The notes: a model not told the origin generated them from the letters alone. A DNA stretch of 62,371 nt, filler included, from 3 parts of 3 records of this genome joined end to end with filler, not necessarily neighbours in it; one strand, 5' to 3'; counted from the whole stretch's first letter, positions 10,107 through 19,805 are shown. Numbers and translations: made by a program.

Positions 10107-11063
10107 ATGGCGATTACTGACACCATCTCATCGCACGGCAGCACCCACACCCTTTACATGGCCGGCGGAGAAACTTTCGATATTCCCGGAGTACGTGGGC
10201 GCATGGAGCGCCTGGAGTTTGCTTCCGGCATCGTGCTGTACCGGCTGGAATATGAAGCGCTGGACGACTGCTTTCTGGAAATGCAGGGCGCCTTTAACGA
10301 GCCCTGGATCGGTAGCTCCCTGCATATTCAAGGACAATCCGAACTGCTTGCCCCCAACGGTGACCGCTACACGTTTGATCCCAACAATGCTGTTCTGATG
10401 CGCATTGACCAGCACGGCTCCCGCTTCCAGTTATTCAAAGGGCAACTGGTTCGCCATGTCGGCGCCGCCTCAACATTGAAAATGCTGCGCGAGCGTTTCG
10501 GCGGCACCCTGCCAACCGCTATTCAAGAATTTGACCTACCCTACGGCGACAACGTCCATGTCCGCACACAAACGCCCAGCGCCCGGTTACGACAACTGGC
10601 TTCCGGGCTGTTTTCCCAGCACGCCAATGGCGCCTGCCGGGAGCTGAAACTGGAAGCCATTGCCAACCTGTTTTTGTCTGAACTGATTGAAGGGCTGGAA
10701 GATGCATCATCCACCGACGATGCCTTGCCCCTGTGGGAAGAGCAGGCCTACCAAGAGCTAATCGATCAAGTGCGCAGCAATCTGGATTCCCCGTTGTCCA
10801 TTCCCACCCTGGCCGACCATGTTGGTTTGACCGAAAGTCGGGCGGACCAGCTGTTCAAACGAAAAAACGATAAGACTTTCGCAGAGTTCATTCGCAATGA
10901 GCGTATGGCGCTGGCACAACAACTACTGGAAACCGGCGCGCACCCGGTGAAGGTGGTAGCCGACAAGGTGGGCTATGGTCACGTGAGTAATTTTTCCCGC
11001 GCTTACCGGGCCCACTTCGGAGAAACCCCGGCGCGAACATTGCGTCGGGCAACCAACGGGTAA
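10107..11063 (+). CDS. AraC-family transcriptional regulator (PchR/YbtA-like architecture)
   Basis: C-terminal double HTH: SIPTLADHVGL ... VADKVGYGHVSNFSRAYRAHFGETP. Confidence 0.92.
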   Translation: MAITDTISSHGSTHTLYMAGGETFDIPGVRGRMERLEFASGIVLYRLEYEALDDCFLEMQGAFNEPWIGSSLHIQGQSELLAPNGDRYTFDPNNAVLMRIDQHGSRFQLFKGQLVRHVGAASTLKMLRERFGGTLPTAIQEFDLPYGDNVHVRTQTPSARLRQLASGLFSQHANGACRELKLEAIANLFLSELIEGLEDASSTDDALPLWEEQAYQELIDQVRSNLDSPLSIPTLADHVGLTESRADQLFKRKNDKTFAEFIRNERMALAQQLLETGAHPVKVVADKVGYGHVSNFSRAYRAHFGETPARTLRRATNG

Positions 11064-11070
11064 CGCCACC

Positions 11071-11151
11071 CTGAAAAAAATTTGCCTCCCTGCAGAAGCG
11101 TCGCTTGAGACGCGAAACGGGCACAGGGAGGCGAACGAAGGGTGTTTTCAG
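11071..11151. repeat. MITE-like long imperfect hairpin
   Basis: CTGAAAA/TTTTCAG termini, inner TTTGCCTCCCTG/CAGGGAGGCGAA and GCGTC/GACGC stems. Confidence 0.55.
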
Positions 11152-11212
11152 TACATACCTAACGACCCCATATACCTCTGATCGCCCTCCGCCGATTCCG
11201 TGCTTCGCACGG

Positions 11213-11237
11213 TTCGTTCCTCAAGCGGAACTCCTAC
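11213..11237 (-). repeat. GTAG-family REP-like element
   Basis: Minus strand GTAG-GAG-TTCC-gcttga-GGAA-CGAA; shares GGAACTCCTACA with the copy at 1-27. Confidence 0.6.
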
Positions 11238-11282
11238 AAAAATCGCTTTATACCCATGGTGCGACACCCACCCTTCTGGCAC

Positions 11283-11313
11283 AAAAAAAGCCCCGCAAAT
11301 GCAGGGCTTTTTT
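11283..11313. terminator. Bidirectional intrinsic terminator
   Basis: AAAAAAAGCCC...GGGCTTTTTT between convergent genes. Confidence 0.8.
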
Positions 11314-11364
11314 AGTTTTGCATGATCCGTGGTGCGTGAAGCGTGTTGCCGCTGCGAAGCAGCC

Positions 11365-12564
11365 TCACACTCCCCACTTGAAGAAGTCGCGCTTCTCTTT
11401 CAGGTAGAAACGGGACAGCACCATCTTGTGCACTTCGCTGGCACCGTCCACCAGACGGGCCTGACGGGCGTAGCGGTAGATCCACTCCAGCAGGGTGTCC
11501 TTGGAGTAACCGCGAGCACCACACAATTGAATCGCAGTATCTGCCGCTTTGTGCAGCGTGTCGGCCACATGGATTTTTGCCATGGAAATTTCTTTCTTGG
11601 CAAAATCGCCCTGATCCAGCATCCAGGCCGCCTGCATGGTTAACAGACGCCCCACTTCGATCTCTTTGGCAACATCGCCCAGCATCCACTGCACGCCTTC
11701 GTGCTCGGCCAGTGTGGTACCGAAGCTCATGCGGTTTTCCACATAACTTGCCGCCTCTTCCATGCAACGCTTGGCCAGACCCAGCCAGCGCATGCAGTGC
11801 GTCAGGCGCGCGGTACCGAGACGAATCTGCGTCACCTTGAGACCGTCGCCCACTTCCAGCAGACGATTCTCGTCGGGAATCACCAGGCCATCGAACTTGA
11901 GTTCACAGTGACCACCATGTTCTTCCGGGCCCATGATCGGAATGCGGCGCACCACTTCCCAGCCTGGCTGGTCGGCATCAAACAAAAACGCGGTCAGACC
12001 CTTGCGCGGATCATCGCTGGTCTTGGCGATCAGGATAAACGTCTGCGCGCCTTCGGCACCGGTAATAAACCACTTGCGGCCCTTGATGATCCAGTTATCA
12101 CCTTCACGTGTAGCCGAGGTGTAGGTCAGGGACGGGTCGGAGCCGCACCCGCCATCGGGCTCGGTCATGGCAAAGGCCGAACGCACCTTGCCGTCGATCA
12201 TGGGTTGCAGCCAGCGCGCTTTCTGCTCGTCGTTGAGAATCTTGTTAAGCAGGATCATGGTGCCGTCATCCGGCGGCGCACAATTGAACACCACCGGTCC
12301 GAACGGGCTACGTGCCGCCTCTTCATACAATACCGCCATGCCGGCCACGCCCACGTCCAGGCCGCCCCGTTCTTTTGGCAACTGAAAGCCCCACAGCCCT
12401 GCGGTTTTGGCTTTTTCTCTCAGCGCATCAACCACGCTTTCCTTGAAGTTTTCATGCTCATCGTAGTTCGCCTTGTCACTTTCCAGCGGCATGATTTCCG
12501 CTTCAACAAACGCCGCCACTTTCTGGCGCAGGTTTTCAATTTCCGGGCTCAGGGAGAAATCCAT
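11365..12564 (-). CDS. Acyl-CoA dehydrogenase
   Basis: FNCAPPDDG, SAFAMTEP, GRKWFITGA, IQLCGARG, ARLVDGASEVH. Confidence 0.95.
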   Translation of the reverse strand: MDFSLSPEIENLRQKVAAFVEAEIMPLESDKANYDEHENFKESVVDALREKAKTAGLWGFQLPKERGGLDVGVAGMAVLYEEAARSPFGPVVFNCAPPDDGTMILLNKILNDEQKARWLQPMIDGKVRSAFAMTEPDGGCGSDPSLTYTSATREGDNWIIKGRKWFITGAEGAQTFILIAKTSDDPRKGLTAFLFDADQPGWEVVRRIPIMGPEEHGGHCELKFDGLVIPDENRLLEVGDGLKVTQIRLGTARLTHCMRWLGLAKRCMEEAASYVENRMSFGTTLAEHEGVQWMLGDVAKEIEVGRLLTMQAAWMLDQGDFAKKEISMAKIHVADTLHKAADTAIQLCGARGYSKDTLLEWIYRYARQARLVDGASEVHKMVLSRFYLKEKRDFFKWGV

Positions 12565-12597
12565 GATCTGTCCTCGGTGAATTCAGTGAGATGCTGT

Positions 12598-13353
12598 TTA
12601 AAGTGTATTGCAGAGGTGACCGCCATCCACGGCGATGATGGCTCCGCTCATGTAGGAGGAGGCGTCAGAAGCCAGCAGCAACAGCGGCCCAACCAGTTCG
12701 TCGATGTTGCCCAGCCGACGATAGGGAATGCGCTTGAGCATTTTCTCGGCCAGCGGGCTGTTGAAAAAATCCCGGTTGATGTCGGTTTCCACATAGCCCG
12801 GACAAATGGCATTGCAACGAATGCCGTAACGGGCGCAATCCAACGCCAGGGATTTGGTCAGCTGCACGACCGCGGCCTTGGAAGCAGTGTAAGGCGCCAC
12901 TCGCCCTCCCACTCGCAGGCCAAGTATGGAAGCAATGTTCACCAGGCTGCCGGGGCGCTCATCACGCTTCCACTGCTGGATGGCAAACTTGGATACCGCC
13001 CAGACCCCTTTCAGGTTGGTATCGACCACCCGATCCCACTCGTCTTCAGCAATATTTTCGGTGGGCCCTTCATGGGAGACACCGGCATTATTCACCACCA
13101 CATCCAGTGCTGGCATGTCGGCAAAGGCGGCCTCGACGCTGGCGTGATCGCTCACATCCATGGGCACCACCGTGGATTCACGGCCCAGGTCGCGTACAGC
13201 CTTTGCGGTGTCCTCCAGCTTTTCCACACGACGGGCGGCCAGCACCAGGTCCGCCCCTTCTTCAGCGAGCGCTATCGCAAAATGTGCACCAAAACCACTG
13301 GACGCACCGGTAATCAGAATTCGCTTACCGGCCACACTGAATCGCTGGGACAT
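12598..13353 (-). CDS. SDR family oxidoreductase (FabG-like)
   Basis: TGASSGFG, NNAG, YTASK; start at MSQRFSVAGK behind a GAGG SD. Confidence 0.93.
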   Translation of the reverse strand: MSQRFSVAGKRILITGASSGFGAHFAIALAEEGADLVLAARRVEKLEDTAKAVRDLGRESTVVPMDVSDHASVEAAFADMPALDVVVNNAGVSHEGPTENIAEDEWDRVVDTNLKGVWAVSKFAIQQWKRDERPGSLVNIASILGLRVGGRVAPYTASKAAVVQLTKSLALDCARYGIRCNAICPGYVETDINRDFFNSPLAEKMLKRIPYRRLGNIDELVGPLLLLASDASSYMSGAIIAVDGGHLCNTL

Positions 13354-13426
13354 AACTTCCTCATCCTTTTTTGCATGAGGAAGAGAAACTAACCATCCCG
13401 CCCCACAGCCACAAGGACGAAAACGC

Positions 13427-13918
13427 TCAGAAAGACGATGACAACAGCAAGGACAGGGCGTGACACGTATCCGGGGTGGCACCGGGTAGCGCCAATGCCT
13501 GCCGGACAGGCAGCCATTGCACGGCCACCACTTCATCGCTGAGGGAAACAGAATCCGGGCAGCCCACCGTCGATGACAGGGCGCCCCAGACACGGTGATG
13601 GGGGTTGGCAAACCAGAACCACTGCCAGCGGGAGAACTGGCGCTGCAGCCCCAGCTCTTCATACAACTCCCGCGACAGCCCCTGAGCCACACTTTCATCC
13701 GGGCGCATCACGCCGCCCGCCGCCAGATCCCAGCCACCGGGGTAGAAATGCTTGTCCGCTGCCCGTTTCTGCACACACACGCGCCCGGCCAGATCCTGCA
13801 CCACCACATAGGAGGCACGATGAACCAAACGCTGGCGCTGCATACGCCCACGCTGGCAACTGCCACGAGGGTGATTATGCCGGGACACCAGCAGGACGGG
13901 TTCAGAATCCACGCGCAT
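13427..13918 (-). CDS. NUDIX hydrolase (YfcD/IDI-like)
   Basis: Nudix box GVMRPDESVAQGLSRELYEELGL; HRASYV and QKR motifs; start could be 13939. Confidence 0.88.
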   Translation of the reverse strand: MRVDSEPVLLVSRHNHPRGSCQRGRMQRQRLVHRASYVVVQDLAGRVCVQKRAADKHFYPGGWDLAAGGVMRPDESVAQGLSRELYEELGLQRQFSRWQWFWFANPHHRVWGALSSTVGCPDSVSLSDEVVAVQWLPVRQALALPGATPDTCHALSLLLSSSF

Positions 13919-13977
13919 TGTGTTTTCATGCTTTTTCAAAACTGAACTCTACCCGATTAAGACGAAAGAAGGTCAAC

Positions 13978-14631
13978 ATGTTCGAGAACATCAAATTCCA
14001 ATTTGAAACCTTTGATTGGGGAGGGGTTTCTGGGGTCTCCGACCTCCTTATGGTCATACTGACTATCGTACTTCTGATCGGGCTTCGACAAGGCTCTCAC
14101 AATATTCGTGAAGCCTCTCTGTCTCGTGACGCCGATATTCTTCGCTGGGCCATGTCTGAGATGGATACACTCAAACCTCTCATACGTATCATCACTGACG
14201 CCCACCAAAACCAGCCGTATAACAAAAAAAGCGCCAATGAACACTGGAAAAAGGAGGAACGTGAAGCAGCACAGCAGGTCAGCGTCAAGCTACAACGTAT
14301 TGGTTACATGGCATGGAATAACCTAATTTCAAGAAACCACTTCATGAATATATGGGGCCCTATGTACCTCTGCTGCTGGTACGCACTGGAACCTTGGGTT
14401 CTTGAAAAACGCCACCAACTGGATGAGCCTGAGCGAATAGAGGACGGCGCATTTTCCAGGCATTTCTTTGAAATTTACGCCTTGTATTGTGAAGCTTGGT
14501 TACCGCTGGGCCTAGTTAACAATGAACGATCACGTTTCGGCCTCACCAAGATAGATTCAATTGAACAGCACAGAAAGCGGAATCGCAAAGCGTTGAAGCA
14601 GAAAACAGGGGGATACTACGGCTGGAAATGA
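13978..14631 (+). CDS. Membrane-anchored hypothetical protein, DUF4760-like
   Basis: N-terminal TM helix; LQRIGYMAWNNLI...W..LEPWV..KR...FE pattern recalls DUF4760; AT-rich relative to neighbours; AAGG SD before ATG. Confidence 0.7.
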   Translation: MFENIKFQFETFDWGGVSGVSDLLMVILTIVLLIGLRQGSHNIREASLSRDADILRWAMSEMDTLKPLIRIITDAHQNQPYNKKSANEHWKKEEREAAQQVSVKLQRIGYMAWNNLISRNHFMNIWGPMYLCCWYALEPWVLEKRHQLDEPERIEDGAFSRHFFEIYALYCEAWLPLGLVNNERSRFGLTKIDSIEQHRKRNRKALKQKTGGYYGWK

Positions 14632-15644
14632 CTGGGGGGGTGCCCTGTCCATTTGCGGAAGGCGCGGGCGAAATTGCTGGGATCCGCGTAGCCCAGCTTG
14701 ATCGCCACCTGCTGCACGGTGATATTGGCCTGCAGATACGCCATGGCCTTGGTCATGCGTACTTCTTCCAGCAAGGAGCGATAACTCACGCCCAACGCAT
14801 TGAGATAGCGACGCAGGGTCCGCGAGGTTACATGGAAGTTGCCGGCCAGCTGCTCCAGGCTGGGCAGCATGCCTTCCGCCTGCATCAGCCGCGCACGAAC
14901 CCGGCTGGCCCAGTCCTGATCCGCTTCCAGACGCTGCAGCTCTTCTTCGCATTTCTGCGCCGCCATATGCCGGGATGCCGGGTCGGACAAGGTGAAGGGT
15001 TCGCTGAGCAAGGAATGCGGCAACCGCAAGGCGGCCACCTCCGCCCCAAACTCAACCGGCATTTGCAGCAGCTCGCGGTAGCGTTCCGCGTGCGCCGGCG
15101 GCGCGTAGGGTAACTCCAGTACGGCACCACGGAAACGTTCACCCAGCAGGTAGCGAATGCCACCCACCACTGCGGCCACCACCACTTCCAGGTAGGTTTC
15201 GCGAATATCACCCAGCGGCACACTTTCCAGCAAGCAGAAACGCACCCCTTCCGTGGACGGCTCAATACGCGGTACGCACAGCCGGGTACGGGTGCGGAAA
15301 TAACGCTCCAGCAAACGCAGCGCATCGCCGAGGTCGGCACTGCTGATCGCCGCATACCCCAGCAGGCCGTGGGCGGTCAGCGTCAATTGCTGCCCCAGAG
15401 CCAGGCCCAGTGCCGGGTTACCGGTCATATCCCGGGCCCCAACCATCACCCTGCGGAACTGCTCGAAACGCAACGCCGGCTCCGGGTTATAGACTTCTTC
15501 TTCCGTTAGCCCCACCTGGCGCAGCAAACGCCGGGTATCCACGCCCACATCGCTGATCAATTCGACCAGATTGCGGACGTAGTTCACCGGCACCGGCGAA
15601 CGGCCAGTGCCCGGATCAAGCTGGATAAAGCGGTCACGGTTCAT
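14616..15644 (-). CDS. AraC-family regulator (OruR/Arabinose_bd_2 type)
   Basis: HGLLGYAAISS N-domain; VTSRTLRR and LGYADPSNFARAFRKWTG HTH. Confidence 0.93.
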   Translation of the reverse strand: MNRDRFIQLDPGTGRSPVPVNYVRNLVELISDVGVDTRRLLRQVGLTEEEVYNPEPALRFEQFRRVMVGARDMTGNPALGLALGQQLTLTAHGLLGYAAISSADLGDALRLLERYFRTRTRLCVPRIEPSTEGVRFCLLESVPLGDIRETYLEVVVAAVVGGIRYLLGERFRGAVLELPYAPPAHAERYRELLQMPVEFGAEVAALRLPHSLLSEPFTLSDPASRHMAAQKCEEELQRLEADQDWASRVRARLMQAEGMLPSLEQLAGNFHVTSRTLRRYLNALGVSYRSLLEEVRMTKAMAYLQANITVQQVAIKLGYADPSNFARAFRKWTGHPPSHFQP

Positions 15645-15671
15645 GGGTCCATCATACGCTACTTTTTGACC

Positions 15672-15707
15672 TGTCCGGAAATGACCGATAAGTGTCCAGC
15701 CCTGCAC
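15672..15707 (+). promoter_or_regulatory. AraC-type direct-repeat operator upstream of the desaturase
   Basis: TGTCCGGAAATGACC and TGTCCAGCCCTGCAC with a 21-bp period, between divergent araC and desaturase. Confidence 0.6.
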
Positions 15708-15791
15708 TTCGCCGTTGGCCTCCTCTCTCCGACAATGCCTGCCTCGGAATTTCCCGGCTGCATTCAGCCAGCACAATCCAAGGACAGCCCC

Positions 15792-16856
15792 ATGACGACG
15801 GATTCACCCGCTTACAGCCGCCAGTTCGGCGCCGATGATGCCCGCGCTATTCGCGATGCCGTGAAGAAGGACCTGGGACCCGGCGCCTTCAAGGCCCGCC
15901 CCCTGCGAGCGCTGTGGTTCATTCCCCTCAATATCGTCATCATTGGCAGCATCGCGGCCATTCTGGTGCTGAACCTGCCCTGGTGGGGCAACCTGTTGTT
16001 GTCCCTGCTCGCCGGCCACACTCTGGCCTGCCAGGCACTGTTGGCCCACGAGGTCCTGCACGGCGCCCTGGGCATGAGCAAGCGCATGCAGAACACGCTG
16101 GGCTGGATCGGCTTCGGGCCGGCGCTGGTGCCACCGGAGTTCTGGCGCCGCTGGCACAATGTGGCGCACCATGCCCATACCAACCTGGGCGACAAGGACC
16201 CGGACTCTTTCGGCACCATGCACCGCTACGAGAAACACCCCAAAACGGCCAACTTCACCAAGCTGGCCCCCGGTGGTGGCACCTGGTACAGCTACCTGTT
16301 CCTGTTCTATTCCTTCATGTTCCATGCCCAGCTGGTGCTGCGCCTGCAGACCCGCAAGCGTGAAGAGTTCAAGGGCTTCGACCGTAAAAAGGCCATCCGC
16401 CAGTCCTACCTGTGCATGGCCGCCTGGATCACGTTGGCCATCGTGTCCGGCCCGTTGGCCATCTTCACCGTGTTGATCCCAATGATGATGATCAACTTCA
16501 TCGGCCAGGGTTATATCCTCACCAACCACATGCTGCGCCCGCAGATGGACAACAATCATCCGGTGGACAATTCCATGAGCGTGCGCGCCTGGCGCTGGAT
16601 CGACCCACTGCACTTTCACTTCAGCCACCATGTGGAGCACCACCTGTTCCCGAAAATGGGTTCGGATCAGGCCCCGAAAGTGCGCGCCTGGCTGGAACAG
16701 GAAATGCCGGAACGCTACGTGGCGCCCAGCCATGTGAAAGCAGTGGCGATGCTGTACCAGACGCCCCGGGTGTACAAAGACGCGAACACGCTGATCGATC
16801 CGCTAAACCCGGAAAGAACGGTGGATGTGATGGAATTGCAAGGGCAGTTGGGGTAA
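15792..16856 (+). CDS. Membrane fatty acid desaturase family protein
   Basis: Three His boxes HEVLH, HNVAHH, HVEHH(LFP); AAGGA SD before MTTDS. Confidence 0.92.
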   Translation: MTTDSPAYSRQFGADDARAIRDAVKKDLGPGAFKARPLRALWFIPLNIVIIGSIAAILVLNLPWWGNLLLSLLAGHTLACQALLAHEVLHGALGMSKRMQNTLGWIGFGPALVPPEFWRRWHNVAHHAHTNLGDKDPDSFGTMHRYEKHPKTANFTKLAPGGGTWYSYLFLFYSFMFHAQLVLRLQTRKREEFKGFDRKKAIRQSYLCMAAWITLAIVSGPLAIFTVLIPMMMINFIGQGYILTNHMLRPQMDNNHPVDNSMSVRAWRWIDPLHFHFSHHVEHHLFPKMGSDQAPKVRAWLEQEMPERYVAPSHVKAVAMLYQTPRVYKDANTLIDPLNPERTVDVMELQGQLG

Positions 16857-16867
16857 ACGACTGACGC

Positions 16868-16918
16868 CTGATGTAAAAAAGCCCGCCCGGTAATCCGGGC
16901 GGGCTTTTTTACATCAGG
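16868..16918. terminator. Bidirectional terminator with extended inverted repeat
   Basis: CCTGATGTAAAAAAGCCCGCCCGG-taat-CCGGGCGGGCTTTTTTACATCAGG. Confidence 0.88.
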
Positions 16919-16977
16919 AAAACACTCGCTATACACCGCTGTGGGAGCCTGCCTGCAGCGGCTCCGTAGAAAGCACC

Positions 16978-17667
16978 TCAGATACTGGCAACCTCTTCTT
17001 CACTCAGCGCCCGAAACTCCCCCGGCGCCAGATCTGTATCCAGCACGATCTCACCAATCTGTTCCCGGTGCAGCCCCACCACCTTGTTACCGCGGGCAGC
17101 CAGCATCCGTTTGACCTGATGGTAGCGCCCTTCCGTGATGGTCAGGCGCAAGGTGTGCGTATCCACTCGCTCAGCCAGGGCCGGCAAGGTCGGGCTGTCC
17201 TCGCCGCGTAACAGGATTCCCTCACGCAAGGCCTGCAAATCCTCGTCACTGACCGGATCCGCGCAGGTCACCCGATAGCACTTGCCACAGGCATGGTTCG
17301 GGGACGTGAGGCGGTGGGACCACTGCCCGTCGGAGGTCAGCAGCACCAGCCCGGTGGTATCCCGGTCCAGCCGGCCGGCCGGGTGCACCTGGGTTCGCAA
17401 CTCAGGCGGCAACAGGTCCAATACTGTGCGGTGCTCCGGATCGTCCGTGGAGCAGACCACATCAACGGGTTTGTACAGCATCAGGTAACGGTGGCCGGGA
17501 AGTTGCACGACTTCACCATGCAACATCACCACCTGATCCGGGCGCAACTGCAGGTTGGCTTTGGGCTTTGCCTCATCAGCGACCGTTACCGCCCCGCCGC
17601 TGATCAGCTTTTTCGCCTCCTTGCGAGTAAGGCCGGCACTGTGGGCGAGAAAATAGTCCAGACGCAT
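16978..17667 (-). CDS. rsuA: 16S rRNA pseudouridine(516) synthase RsuA
   Basis: MRLD S4 domain; GRLDRDTTGLVLLT; ITEGRYHQVKRM. Confidence 0.93.
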   Translation of the reverse strand: MRLDYFLAHSAGLTRKEAKKLISGGAVTVADEAKPKANLQLRPDQVVMLHGEVVQLPGHRYLMLYKPVDVVCSTDDPEHRTVLDLLPPELRTQVHPAGRLDRDTTGLVLLTSDGQWSHRLTSPNHACGKCYRVTCADPVSDEDLQALREGILLRGEDSPTLPALAERVDTHTLRLTITEGRYHQVKRMLAARGNKVVGLHREQIGEIVLDTDLAPGEFRALSEEEVASI

Positions 17668-17783
17668 GGGCAAAACCGTTATCCGTAAAACCGCCATGAT
17701 AACCGACATAAGGTGTCTGGAGTGCAGGGCCATCACTGGTATCATGGCGACCCGATTTCACCCCCCAGCGTTACCGGAGCCCC

Positions 17784-19805
17784 ATGAGCAAACTTAACCC
17801 CCGCCAGCAGGAAGCCGTGAACTACGCGGACGGCCCCCTGCTGGTACTGGCCGGTGCGGGCTCCGGCAAAACCAGCGTGATCACCCGCAAGATCGCCTGG
17901 CTGATTCAGGAGCGGGGTATCCCGGCCCGCCATATCGCGGCGGTGACCTTCACCAACAAGGCGTCCCGGGAAATGAAGGAGCGGGTGCAACAACTGGTCA
18001 GCCGCGACCTGACCCGGGGGCTGATTGTCTCCACCTTCCACAACCTGGGCCTGCGCATCCTCAAATCGGAATTGAAAGCCTGCGGCCTGCGCAACGGTTT
18101 CTCGATTCTGGACGGTGCCGACAGCAAGGAAATCCTCAAGGAGATCCTGCGCCAGGGCGAATCGGAACGAGACCTGGACGCGGTGGATGTGATCCACAAA
18201 TGCATCTCCGACTGGAAGAACGCGCTAGTGCTGCCCGAGGAAGCGGTAAGCACCGCCGAAACCGACGACGACCTGCGCGCGGCCATGGCCTACGGCGGTT
18301 ACGACCGCATGCTACGGGTGTGTAATGCGGTGGATTTCGACGACCTGATCCTGATGCCGGCGCGCATGTTCCGCGAACAGCCGCGCATTCTGGAGAAATG
18401 GCGCAACCGCATTCAGTACCTGCTGGTGGATGAATACCAGGACACCAACGGTGCCCAGTATGAAATGGTGAAAATGCTCACCCTGCCGGAGGGCAAGTTC
18501 ACCGTGGTGGGCGATGACGACCAGTCCATCTATGCCTGGCGCGGCGCCCGCCCGGAAAACCTGGCCCAGCTGCAGGAAGACTGGCCGACCCTGAAAGTGG
18601 TGAAGCTGGAACAGAATTACCGCTCCACCGGGCGCATCCTCAAAGCCGCCAACACCGTCATCGCCAACAACCCCCACGAGTTTGAAAAAAGCCTGTGGTC
18701 GGATTACGGCTACGGCGAACCGATTCGTTTTTCAGCCTTGCGTGATGAAGAGGCAGAAACCGAATGGATCGCCAGCGATATCTTTCACCGCCGCCTGCAG
18801 AAAGGCCTGCAGTGGAAAGACTTCGCGGTGCTTTATCGTGGCAATTTTCAGTCGCGCATTCTGGAAATGAAACTGCAAAGCCTGTCGATTCCCTACAAGG
18901 TCTCCGGTGGCAAAAGTTTCTTCTCGCGCAGCGAGATCAAGGACCTGATGTGCTACCTGCGCCTGCTGGTGAACCCGGACGACGACAACGCCTTTCTGCG
19001 CATCATCAACACACCGCGCCGGGAGATCGGCCCCGCTACGCTGGAAAAGCTGGCCACCTGGGCACTCAAACGCGAGCAAGGCCTGTACCACGTGTGTGAT
19101 GACTTTGCGCTCAGCGAAGTCATGAACCCCAAAGCTGCGGAAAAGCTACAAAAGTTTAAAGCCTGGCTGGACGCCAAACGGCAGTTTTGCTTTGGCCAAA
19201 ACAGCCTGCAAGCAGTGCAGGAACTGATCACCGATATGGATTATGAAGGCTGGCTGATGCAGAACGCCTCCAGCCCGCGCATCGGTGAAAAGAATATCGA
19301 GAACATCTGGCAACTGGTGCGCAGCATCGAGCGCATGCTGGAAAAACAGGAAGACGAAGAAGAGGGCGCCAGCGATCTGGAATCGGTGATCAAGAAACTG
19401 GTACTGCTGGACATGCTCGAACAACAACAGGAAGAAGACGATTCCGACCGGGTGCAGCTAATGACGCTACACGCCTCCAAAGGCCTGGAATTTCCCCACG
19501 TCTACATGATGGGTGTAGAAGAAGAGTTCCTGCCCCACCGCACCAGCATCGAAGAAGACAACATCGTCGAAGAGCGCCGCCTCATGTACGTGGGCATCAC
19601 CCGCGCCAGGGAAACCCTGGCCATGACCCAGGCGCTGACGCGCAAGCAATACGGCGAGCGAATAGACACCACCGCCAGCCGCTTCGTGGATGAAATGCCC
19701 CAGGACGATATCGACTTTCTGGGGATCGGCATGATTAAAGACGAAGAAAAGGAAACGGCGGTAGCAGAAGCCAGCATTGCCAACCTTCGGGCGTTGCTGG
19801 ATTAG
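17784..19805 (+). CDS. rep: ATP-dependent DNA helicase Rep
   Basis: AGAGSGKTSVIT, VDEYQDTN, VGDDDQSIY, TLHASKGLEF, EERRLMYVGITRA; 673 aa. Confidence 0.95.
   Translation: MSKLNPRQQEAVNYADGPLLVLAGAGSGKTSVITRKIAWLIQERGIPARHIAAVTFTNKASREMKERVQQLVSRDLTRGLIVSTFHNLGLRILKSELKACGLRNGFSILDGADSKEILKEILRQGESERDLDAVDVIHKCISDWKNALVLPEEAVSTAETDDDLRAAMAYGGYDRMLRVCNAVDFDDLILMPARMFREQPRILEKWRNRIQYLLVDEYQDTNGAQYEMVKMLTLPEGKFTVVGDDDQSIYAWRGARPENLAQLQEDWPTLKVVKLEQNYRSTGRILKAANTVIANNPHEFEKSLWSDYGYGEPIRFSALRDEEAETEWIASDIFHRRLQKGLQWKDFAVLYRGNFQSRILEMKLQSLSIPYKVSGGKSFFSRSEIKDLMCYLRLLVNPDDDNAFLRIINTPRREIGPATLEKLATWALKREQGLYHVCDDFALSEVMNPKAAEKLQKFKAWLDAKRQFCFGQNSLQAVQELITDMDYEGWLMQNASSPRIGEKNIENIWQLVRSIERMLEKQEDEEEGASDLESVIKKLVLLDMLEQQQEEDDSDRVQLMTLHASKGLEFPHVYMMGVEEEFLPHRTSIEEDNIVEERRLMYVGITRARETLAMTQALTRKQYGERIDTTASRFVDEMPQDDIDFLGIGMIKDEEKETAVAEASIANLRALLD

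Noticed and set aside
9935-10150. N-terminal extension of the autotransporter in the ORF track
   Set aside because: Overlaps the divergent araC gene and promoter; the signal peptide fits the 9934 start
13573-13977. 5' extension of ORF 13573-14631, and of the SDR ORF up to 13698
   Set aside because: Overlaps the NUDIX gene; composition and SD sites support starts at 13978 and 13353
16941-16958. GTGGGAGCCTGCCTGCAG REP-like fragment, and CAGGCTCCCAAC at 19854-19865
   Set aside because: Palindromes incomplete; probably decayed REPs, too weak to list as features
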